Shown here: positions 47,117 through 55,403 of the stretch, in pieces
How the letters are laid out: each line of letters starts with the position of its first letter
Numbering within the stretch: the first letter of the stretch is position 1
Virus record (IMG/VR): IMGVR_UViG_3300025141_000016
Span: 233,105-297,104 of that record
DNA length: 64,000 bases
Direction: 5' to 3' (one strand)
Program-made: the position numbers and the translations under genes
Notes under the pieces: model-generated
Seen by the model: the letters and a program-made list of their open reading frames with translations, nothing else
The model's database searches: none
Told to the model about the DNA's origin: nothing

Positions 47117-50100
47117 ATGGCTTTTCCCGGCTCCGTTTACGCACCTCCCGGTGTCTACACCCAGACTCTTTACGAAGACCCCATCCAGGGCCTCGCCGCC
47201 TCCGTTCGGCTACCCCTCATCATCGGTACAGGTTCCGAGGAACTGTTCCAGACTGCCCTGGAGTTGATCCGAGGCTCCTCCTCCTCTGTTGACCAGCGCG
47301 TCGTACAGGAAGATGAGACGGGTCGCGCAGTTGTCAGCGTCAGCGACACAGGTGTCGTGACCCTGGGCAACTTCGACGGTGACCTCACACGGTTGCAGGT
47401 GAAGAACTACCCCATCGTGAGCGGGCAGGGCACTGGCACTACCGCGACCGACGCGGCTTCGGTCAACGTGACCCTCAATGGAGCCCCGATTGTGGTCCTC
47501 GCCATTGACGGAGCCACTGGCATCTTGACCCTCTCCGTGACCCCAGAGTCCACGGACGAAGTGAAGGTGACCTACTACTTCAACAGGACCGACACCCTCA
47601 TCACCGACACCCTGTCGGACCAGATCAGCCCAGATGCCCCCGAAATCTTCGGTGCCTTGGGCGAGAACTATGTCGTCACCGCAGACGTGAATGACACCCT
47701 GGAGTTCACGGTTGACTCCGAGGACACCGTGAGTGTCACCATCACCGCTTCCCCGGTCACTGGTTGGACGGCGGCACAGGTGGCGACGTTCATCAATGCA
47801 GAGGCAACGGGCACGACCCTCATCGCTTCGACTACCGTTGACAACTTCGGCAACACTGTCCTCCACCTCACCGCAGATCGCGACATTGTGGTTGAGGACG
47901 GCACTTGCAACACCACTCTGGGCCTCACGTCTGCCTACGACACCGCTCGCAACAAGGTCTTCTACACCTTCCAGAGCCCCATCGTAGATGGAAGCGACGG
48001 CGGCGTGACCACAACTGACCCCGCTGATGTGACGGTCAAGGTCGGTGGTACGCAGGTCATCCCGACGGCTGTTGACGGCCAGACGGGTGCTATCACCCTT
48101 CCCTTCGCCCCTGAAACCGGGACAACGGTCACCTGCCAGTATTACTTCAACTCCTGGCAGGACACCTTCGATTATCTCGCGCATCGCGGGATCACCGACA
48201 TTACGCTCTGCGGCCTCACCCCTGACCGTAGCGACTACATCGACGGTGCAGACTTCATCCTGAAGGACGACAAGATCCTGTGGGGCACGAGCACCCTGAC
48301 GGCAGCGGGAACCAACACCGCTGGGTCTACCTACTTTGACGACACCCAGATCAGCACATCGCTGGTGGACACGCGGCAGTATCTCGCAGCGTGCGCGGCT
48401 GTCGTAGACACTTCGGTCACCCCTCCGGTCGAGAACCGCAAGGACTTCACCCTTCCGCTCCAGCCCACTACGGGTAACGGTCGCGACACCCCGCTTGGGG
48501 CCTCGACCTATGCCGAGGTGGCCAACGGTCGTCTGGACCTCCCGACGGATCGTCCTGACCTCGTGTACGCCTACTGGGGATACACCGTCGAGGATGCTCT
48601 CAACCGAGGGCGCGTCGAGGTGACCAAGGTGGATTCGGCCACGAGCCAGATCACCCTGCGTGAGTCGGTTCCTGTGGGAGCCAGCGTCTACGCGACGTTC
48701 TATTACAACACCCTTGTAGACGGGGACTACACCCTGACCAGCGTCACCGCTGGTGCGAGTGGTGTGGGAACCTACTCCATCATGGACGAGAACAGCGTTT
48801 CTCTCCTGACCCCCCAGTTCGGAGCCAAGTCGGCTCTCCTGGCTACGGTCACCGTGGAGTTCCCTTCCGGTTCGGAGCGCACTCCTGATTGCCGCTTTGA
48901 GCCTCCGTTCACGACCACTTCCTTCACAGGTGCGGTCGAGGAGGACGTGACCATCGAGTTCGCGGTGCAGGACGCAACCCTCGCCAAGTACGCGGTGGCA
49001 TCGGCTGGACCGTACTACCCAGTCACCGGAGCGAGCGACAACCTCCTCATCACCCTCGACGGGACTGATCGGACCATCGATCTCAACAACCCGGCACGCA
49101 CGGGGGCAACGCCAGCGTTCGCCAATCCCAAGGGCTTCCGGGCTTCCGTTGTCGGAGACGAGATCGTCTACGACGCGGCGGGCTTCGCCACGGGCACCAT
49201 CACGGTTGGCGGTACTCCCGTAGCGACTACCGCTACCCTGCTCATTGATGGTGTTACGCTCACCGAGCAAGGTGCCACTGGATGGGTCAACGACGCCACC
49301 GTTGACCTAACCGCCACAGCTATTGCTACGGCTATCAATACCTTCGTGACCACAGTGAGTGCGGTCGCCATCGGAAGTGTTGTACACATCACGGCAGCTA
49401 CGGCGGGTACGGCAGGCAACGCCATCGCCACCTCGTCACCGTCTGGTGATCCGGCATTTACGTTCTCGGCTGCCACCCTGGCTGGCGGGACCGTTCTCGG
49501 AACGGCGCTGGCGATCACTGCGGCTACCAATGCCATCGACATGGAACTTGACGGTGGTCTGGGGTCAGCGAAGCTGGTCCAGGCACAGGTCAACGCGGGT
49601 GCAGGCCAGAAAGCCGAGCACATCGTCGCGGCCATCAACCGTGCTGCCCATGGTGAGTTCGGAGCAGCCCTCGGTGGAGGAGCCGCGACCATCATCCTGG
49701 CGGCAGATGCCTCGGACGTAGACGACTACTACGTCGATTGGGAAATCAAGGTCACGGCTGGTCTTGCCGCTGGTGAGAAGAACACCATTACTGCCTACAA
49801 CGGTACGACGAAGGTTGCGACCGTTACAGCTTGGGCTGGTGGTGCCCCGGTCATCACTGACACCTACTATGTCTACGATCCCGACACCTGCCCGAGCATG
49901 ACGGGTGCGACTCGGTTCCTCAATGCCGTTACCATTGGTACGGGCGGCTTTGACGACATTATCCTGTCGTATGTGGGTGCAATCTCTGGTGTGACTGCCA
50001 TCACTACGGCTGCTGTGCCTATCGCGGCGGCTACCTACAACACGGTGGCTGATCTCGTTACCGCTGCCCAGACTGCCATGGACGCAGCCATCACGGCAGC

Positions 50101-52606
50101 GGGCTTCGCAGCGGACACCCTGGAGATCGACGTAAGTGCGGACACCAGTGGTCGGCTTGTCCTGACCATGAAACAGGCACCAGTTGATACCACAGGTGCC
50201 ACGCTGGAAGTCGTGAACAACGCGACTCCCGCCGATGACTTCATGGTTCTGGCGGGTTTCGATGCTGATGCAGTAGGAAACGACCAGACGATTCTGGTGA
50301 GTGGTCCTATCGCTACGGAGATCACCAACCTCACGGCAACCACGACGGGCGTGACCCCATACGACCGGATCTGGATCAGGAACCGTATCTGTCCGGGCAA
50401 CGCCCAGACGGCGACTCACCTGACCGATTCCGAGTTCTGTTTGAGTCAGTGTCAGTTGAAGATGCTGGGCGGAACCGGTGCTGGATTCGCGGGCCTGACG
50501 GCCAACGAGCAGGGCTACGCTGGGATCACCGGCACCATGCAGGCACCCACCCTCTTTGGTGAGGTTGGTCTGGCTGGTGGGCAGGACGCATCTGATGATG
50601 TGGTGGTCGAGTTGTTCGCGGACGGTGGAACGACCGATCAGAACAACATCTTCAAGATGACCTTTGAGGGTGAGCCCATCACCATCGAGTTCACTGACGG
50701 CGCTGGAGCGGCGATTGCTGCTGGCGGTTCGGCTGATGTTCCTCTGGGACCGCTCACTGACGCGAACAGTATCCTCGGCCAGATCGACGCTGCCATGACG
50801 ACTGCGGGAGTCACTGGCACCGTTGCCCAGGAAGGGTGCGGTATCCGTTTCCGTGGTGGGAGCACGGCTGCTGCCGCTTCCATCGTGATCGGAGATGCGA
50901 ACGCCAACGACGTTCTCGGATTCACCGAGGGCGATGTGGCCTACCGGACTGTTGTTGAGACTGAAGTGGTCGTATCCGCCATGATGGCGGCTTTCGACAA
51001 CTGGACGAACGTCGGTGGTATCGCCAAGACGGTCAACGACGAGGCCAACGCCAAGTACCTGTTCATCGAGAGCATGGGTACGGCAGGGCTCGGGACGCTT
51101 TCCTCTGTGGCCTTTGACGACGCGGCTACGGATTCCGCACTCCGTCCGGGTGTTGGGCTCGGTGTGGCTGTGGGAGACGGTAACGCGGGAGAGGCGGCCA
51201 TCGACGGCTTCTTCGTCACTTCGACGGATACCGTCAATGGTTCGGGAACGGCGAACACCTCCATTCTCAACGCTGGCACGGGCCAGGATGGAAATGTGGG
51301 TGAAACCTACCGTGATCTCGTCACTGGGTTCACAGTCTCCGTCCTTCCACGGGCTGGTGGCGGCTCCTACCCCACTGGTGGAACCATCACCTTCACGGTC
51401 AGGGAGAATGTGACCACCGACAGCAACCTGCCGGTGAACACGATTCCTGGCCTGGAACTGACGGTCAGCAACACGTCCGGGGTTGTCGCCGGAGATACGG
51501 CGGTTGTCTCTACCTACGAAAAGGGTGGAAATCAGCCGAGCGTTGGGGATGTGTACTACGTCTCCTACGACTACGCGAAGCAGGATTTCAGTGCTGCGCT
51601 GTTCACCAAGTTGTCCTCCATTCAGGCGGCCTACGGGGCGAACAGTCCGAATAACCCTGTCTCGTTGGCATCGTACTTTGCGGTCCTCAACGGTGCTGTT
51701 CTCCTCTCGGTCAAGCAGGTCCAGAAGGACACTGACTCGACGGGAGATGGGGCTTACGACACAGCCAGTGAAACCGCCTTCATCGCGGCCATTGACGACG
51801 TGGAAGGAACGCTTCCGGGCGGTCTGTACCCCGACATGTTGGTGCCCTTGAAGGGAGATAGCCTGACTCTGTTCCAGTATGTCGCCATGCACTGTGACAT
51901 TCAGTCGAGCATCCGCTACCGCGCAGAGCGTACCGCTATCTGCGGATACGGTGCCGGTACGCAGCCTCGGGACGCGGGAACCATCGCGCAGGCGGTGGGT
52001 CGTTCTCGGTTGCGCCTCATGTACCCGGACATCGCCACGTTGAGCCTTTCTCGGGCTGACGGGACGACCGACTCCTACCTTGTGGATGGCACCTACCTCG
52101 CCGCTGCATGGTCTGGAAATCGGGCTTCCCCGAACATCGACGTTGCTACTCCGTGGACGCGGGGACGCATCTTCGGGTTCGATGAACTCGCTCGGACGCT
52201 CGATGCGGTTCAGCAGAATCAGGTCGCTGTGCGCGGTGTGACGATCTTTGGCCAGCGCCAGAGCATCATCGAGTGCCGTCATGGTCTGACCACTGACATG
52301 ACCAACGTGTTGACGAAGACCCCGACCGTGGTGACCATCGCGGATGAGGTTCAGCGTCAGGCGCGGGCGACTCTCGACAAGTTCATTGGAACGAAGTTCC
52401 TGCCGAGTGTCACGGGTCAGATCGAGGGGCAGTTGGCCAACACCTTGAAGAAGCTGGTCCAGGCATCCATCATCAACGCCTTCACGGGAGTTTCTGCGGC
52501 AGTGTCAGCAGATGACCCCACGGTGGCGGAAGTGGAAGCCTACTACCAGCCCATCTTCCCGCTGCTCTACATCGTCGTGACCTTCAATCTGCGAAGCACA
52601 CTGTAG
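47117..52606 (+). CDS. Contractile tail sheath protein with large insertions
   Basis: N-terminal YAPPGVY; C-terminal sheath domain ending YQPIFPLLYIVVTF; 1829 aa. Confidence 0.88.
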   Translation: MAFPGSVYAPPGVYTQTLYEDPIQGLAASVRLPLIIGTGSEELFQTALELIRGSSSSVDQRVVQEDETGRAVVSVSDTGVVTLGNFDGDLTRLQVKNYPIVSGQGTGTTATDAASVNVTLNGAPIVVLAIDGATGILTLSVTPESTDEVKVTYYFNRTDTLITDTLSDQISPDAPEIFGALGENYVVTADVNDTLEFTVDSEDTVSVTITASPVTGWTAAQVATFINAEATGTTLIASTTVDNFGNTVLHLTADRDIVVEDGTCNTTLGLTSAYDTARNKVFYTFQSPIVDGSDGGVTTTDPADVTVKVGGTQVIPTAVDGQTGAITLPFAPETGTTVTCQYYFNSWQDTFDYLAHRGITDITLCGLTPDRSDYIDGADFILKDDKILWGTSTLTAAGTNTAGSTYFDDTQISTSLVDTRQYLAACAAVVDTSVTPPVENRKDFTLPLQPTTGNGRDTPLGASTYAEVANGRLDLPTDRPDLVYAYWGYTVEDALNRGRVEVTKVDSATSQITLRESVPVGASVYATFYYNTLVDGDYTLTSVTAGASGVGTYSIMDENSVSLLTPQFGAKSALLATVTVEFPSGSERTPDCRFEPPFTTTSFTGAVEEDVTIEFAVQDATLAKYAVASAGPYYPVTGASDNLLITLDGTDRTIDLNNPARTGATPAFANPKGFRASVVGDEIVYDAAGFATGTITVGGTPVATTATLLIDGVTLTEQGATGWVNDATVDLTATAIATAINTFVTTVSAVAIGSVVHITAATAGTAGNAIATSSPSGDPAFTFSAATLAGGTVLGTALAITAATNAIDMELDGGLGSAKLVQAQVNAGAGQKAEHIVAAINRAAHGEFGAALGGGAATIILAADASDVDDYYVDWEIKVTAGLAAGEKNTITAYNGTTKVATVTAWAGGAPVITDTYYVYDPDTCPSMTGATRFLNAVTIGTGGFDDIILSYVGAISGVTAITTAAVPIAAATYNTVADLVTAAQTAMDAAITAAGFAADTLEIDVSADTSGRLVLTMKQAPVDTTGATLEVVNNATPADDFMVLAGFDADAVGNDQTILVSGPIATEITNLTATTTGVTPYDRIWIRNRICPGNAQTATHLTDSEFCLSQCQLKMLGGTGAGFAGLTANEQGYAGITGTMQAPTLFGEVGLAGGQDASDDVVVELFADGGTTDQNNIFKMTFEGEPITIEFTDGAGAAIAAGGSADVPLGPLTDANSILGQIDAAMTTAGVTGTVAQEGCGIRFRGGSTAAAASIVIGDANANDVLGFTEGDVAYRTVVETEVVVSAMMAAFDNWTNVGGIAKTVNDEANAKYLFIESMGTAGLGTLSSVAFDDAATDSALRPGVGLGVAVGDGNAGEAAIDGFFVTSTDTVNGSGTANTSILNAGTGQDGNVGETYRDLVTGFTVSVLPRAGGGSYPTGGTITFTVRENVTTDSNLPVNTIPGLELTVSNTSGVVAGDTAVVSTYEKGGNQPSVGDVYYVSYDYAKQDFSAALFTKLSSIQAAYGANSPNNPVSLASYFAVLNGAVLLSVKQVQKDTDSTGDGAYDTASETAFIAAIDDVEGTLPGGLYPDMLVPLKGDSLTLFQYVAMHCDIQSSIRYRAERTAICGYGAGTQPRDAGTIAQAVGRSRLRLMYPDIATLSLSRADGTTDSYLVDGTYLAAAWSGNRASPNIDVATPWTRGRIFGFDELARTLDAVQQNQVAVRGVTIFGQRQSIIECRHGLTTDMTNVLTKTPTVVTIADEVQRQARATLDKFIGTKFLPSVTGQIEGQLANTLKKLVQASIINAFTGVSAAVSADDPTVAEVEAYYQPIFPLLYIVVTFNLRSTL

Positions 52607-52625
52607 GGTCAACCCAGCAGGCAAA

Positions 52626-52666
52626 CCGAGTGCCCCTTCCCGTAAGTGTCGGGAAGGGGCTCTCGG
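52626..52666 (+). terminator. GC-rich stem-loop after the sheath gene
   Basis: CCGAG-T-GCCCCTTCCCG / CGGGAAGGGGC-T-CTCGG; no U-tract. Confidence 0.55.
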
Positions 52667-52678
52667 TAGGTCGCCTAT
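52664..52678 (+). promoter_or_regulatory. Class I motif
   Basis: CGGTAG-gtcgc-CTAT, before 52720. Confidence 0.75.
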
Positions 52679-52719
52679 CTACCGCCCGTAGGTGACACAC
52701 CTTTGGCCGGAGACTCTAT

Positions 52720-54150
52720 ATGCCTACCTTCACCTCTGATGATCGCAAGATTCTGGTCCGGTACGCCTCGACGCTGCCCTCCGGGTCGCCGGAGCGGAAG
52801 GCTGTTTTGGCGGGTCTTTCCCTGACTGGTTCCGGTTCCGGTGCTGCAAACGCGAAGTATCTGGACAGCCTGCCCTCTGGCACGAAGGCCAAGATTCTGA
52901 AGAACGTGGCCAAGCATTATGGTGTCTCCGTCTCCGAGATCGAGGACGAACTGACAGATCGGGATGCAGAAGCCCTGTATGAGTACATCGCAAACGACAA
53001 TGCCTTGCGGATGCAGGTTTACCGCGACTTCAAGCAGCAGCGGTTGGCTGCAAGCAAGAACGCTGCCGGATACGCCCGTAAGTCCATGCGTGGGGGAGAC
53101 TACGGAGGGGCTGGGAGCAGCAAGCAGTTGGTGAAGGACATGATTGCCAACATGCGACGGGTGAAGACCAACGCTGAACGAAGCCATGCCGTTGAGCAGG
53201 TGCAGCACGCGGAAGCTGCGAAGTCCATCACCTCCCAACAGGCCAAAGAGGTCATGGGAGCCATTGGTAAGACCGCATCGGCCCGTACCGCCGAGGACTG
53301 GATGGAAGACGCGGTGAAGCGCCCTGGTCGCCTTCACAAGTTCTTCGGTATCCCCGAGGACGAGACGATCCCCATGTCGAAGATCGACGGTGAGATCGCC
53401 AAGTTGAAGAAGAAAGACGACCGCACGAAGGACGAGGAGTCCCTGCTCGATGCCCTCAACCTGGGCAAGACCTTCAAGGAAATGAAGAAGTCGGCTGCGG
53501 GAGAGGAACACTACATCGGGGACGAGGAAGCGGGGGTGTACTGGAGCGTCGATGAAACCCCTCGCGGATGGTTCGTCCAGGCTTGGGTGGATGGTGGTCA
53601 CTTCACACATGACTTCCCGAAGGATGGTCCTTACCCCACCGAAGGGGAAGCCATGGAAGCTGGATGGTCACAAGGGCTTGAATGGGTGGTGACCAACGAT
53701 GTGAGCCTTGCGGGCGAACCCAAGACCTTCCCCGCCTGGGCTCGCAGGAACAGATGGCAGCCTCGCACAGCCTCCTCCGATGATCGCATCGCTCTCATCC
53801 GCTACGCCTCTACCCTTCCTGTGGGGTCAGATGAGCGCAAAGCCATCCTGTCGGGGTTGAAGACTGCTGCCCTTGATTCCGTGTCTCTCGGTGAGATGAT
53901 GGTGTCGGCGGCAGCCCAGGCTCGGCTGTTCTATCGCCTTGACATGAAGCGGTTTGTGGGTGTGTACGAGGAAGTGGGTCAGAATCTTATCCGAATCGGG
54001 CATACCTCTGACCCCGATGACCGTGCGTTCCTTGTCAGCGAGGTCGATAAGGGGCTGGCCGATTTGAAGAAGCACAACATCACCGCTATGTCGGAGGCGT
54101 TGGAGCACATGACCCGTGCCTACGCACTCGTTTCCAAAGCGTATCGCTGA
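52720..54150 (+). CDS. Tag-A polyprotein with about five small modules
   Basis: Two tag-A copies; RLAA, KTAS-ARTA, KSAA, RTAS, KTAA linkers. Confidence 0.75.
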   Translation: MPTFTSDDRKILVRYASTLPSGSPERKAVLAGLSLTGSGSGAANAKYLDSLPSGTKAKILKNVAKHYGVSVSEIEDELTDRDAEALYEYIANDNALRMQVYRDFKQQRLAASKNAAGYARKSMRGGDYGGAGSSKQLVKDMIANMRRVKTNAERSHAVEQVQHAEAAKSITSQQAKEVMGAIGKTASARTAEDWMEDAVKRPGRLHKFFGIPEDETIPMSKIDGEIAKLKKKDDRTKDEESLLDALNLGKTFKEMKKSAAGEEHYIGDEEAGVYWSVDETPRGWFVQAWVDGGHFTHDFPKDGPYPTEGEAMEAGWSQGLEWVVTNDVSLAGEPKTFPAWARRNRWQPRTASSDDRIALIRYASTLPVGSDERKAILSGLKTAALDSVSLGEMMVSAAAQARLFYRLDMKRFVGVYEEVGQNLIRIGHTSDPDDRAFLVSEVDKGLADLKKHNITAMSEALEHMTRAYALVSKAYR

Positions 54151-55403
54151 TGGCTCGACGTACTGCCAAGGCTGATGTGACCCCGGTTCGACAGCGGACC
54201 CAGTACACCTGCATGAGCACCTCCCTGATGATGTGCCTCCAGGCCCTTGGGTACGACGTTGACGAGGATGAGGTCAACAAGGTCATGGGCGCACGTCCCA
54301 TGAAGGGTGCAGCGTGGGAGCAGGCTCTTGCCGCTGCCCAGCACTTCGGAGTCCGAGGAACACTCGTGACCCCTTCGACTGTGCGGCAGTTGAAGGAATG
54401 GACCGACGCGGGCAAGCCCGTGATGATCGCCTGGAATCCCGAGGGTCGAGAGTGGTCACACGCCAGCGTCGTCTTCGACGTGACCCCGTGCAAGGAACAT
54501 GGGTTCGACGTTCATGTCGCTGACCCCAACATCCCTGACCCCGACGAGACAGTCCGGGTCATGCCCAAGTCCGAGTTCTACAAGAAGTGGTACGAGAAGT
54601 GGCCGAACTACTTGGTTCGCCGTCCCGCTCTCATGCTGGACCGGGAGATCACTCCTGATGGTCGTCAGGTGATGGCCTTCAAGAAAGCATCCTCTCGTGG
54701 CTGGGAGAAAACCATCGCTTCTTGGAGCAAGGAGTACAAGACCCCAGAGGGGAAGGTTTTAGGGACCGTGGTTATCGACCGGGGCAAGGTCAACTGGAGG
54801 CCGAACCAGTTGATTGAGGGTTTCGTTCGTCCGCAGGTCATCAGTCGTTCCCGAAGTGGGGAAGAAATCCCCAGTAACGAGAAACTGACCTCTGTGGCAG
54901 ATGCCTGGGTGCGGAAGAACCATGGGAGACAAGTCATGGCTTCCGGTTCCGCTGACCCCAGCCGGGTGGCGGCCAGATATGCCTCGCGCTGTGCCAGTGG
55001 GGATAAAGCCCTCTGGGCGGGTCGGCGCAAGCCCACTTCCGGGGAAGTGGAATGGGCGAAGAATGCCAAGTGGCAGGATTGGGAGCCGCACCCACTCCCC
55101 GATGACCTCACCAAGTTTTTCAAGCGCACCCCAGATACGATTGAGGTGGGTCTTTCCGAGATCACCCCAATCCGGGCTCGGGAGAAAGGCATCGCTAACG
55201 CCAACCGATTCATGTGGTTGGCGTACTGGGGGAAGATGCCCCGGCGAAAGCCCATTTCGTTGAGAGAAAACGATGACGGCACCTACACCATCCTTGATGG
55301 GAACTCGACCTATGCCAACGCCAAGATGAGTGGGTGGAGACACATGTGGGGTCGAGTTGAAGAGTCCCCCTCTACAACGCGGCTATCGCGGAGGATCCCA
55401 TGA
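54150..55403 (+). CDS. Tag-B polyprotein: C39-like peptidase + unknown + ParB/Srx-like domain
   Basis: RQRTQYTC..SHASVV..VADP; KPI..YTILDGNSTY..GW; ADPSRVAARY. Confidence 0.72.
   Translation: MARRTAKADVTPVRQRTQYTCMSTSLMMCLQALGYDVDEDEVNKVMGARPMKGAAWEQALAAAQHFGVRGTLVTPSTVRQLKEWTDAGKPVMIAWNPEGREWSHASVVFDVTPCKEHGFDVHVADPNIPDPDETVRVMPKSEFYKKWYEKWPNYLVRRPALMLDREITPDGRQVMAFKKASSRGWEKTIASWSKEYKTPEGKVLGTVVIDRGKVNWRPNQLIEGFVRPQVISRSRSGEEIPSNEKLTSVADAWVRKNHGRQVMASGSADPSRVAARYASRCASGDKALWAGRRKPTSGEVEWAKNAKWQDWEPHPLPDDLTKFFKRTPDTIEVGLSEITPIRAREKGIANANRFMWLAYWGKMPRRKPISLRENDDGTYTILDGNSTYANAKMSGWRHMWGRVEESPSTTRLSRRIP

Noticed and set aside
47210-52282. Long minus-strand ORFs (686 and 905 aa) opposite the sheath gene, and similar ones opposite recA, ssb/ruvC and sbcC
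   Set aside because: Antisense shadow frames of GC-rich coding sequence with no recognisable motifs.
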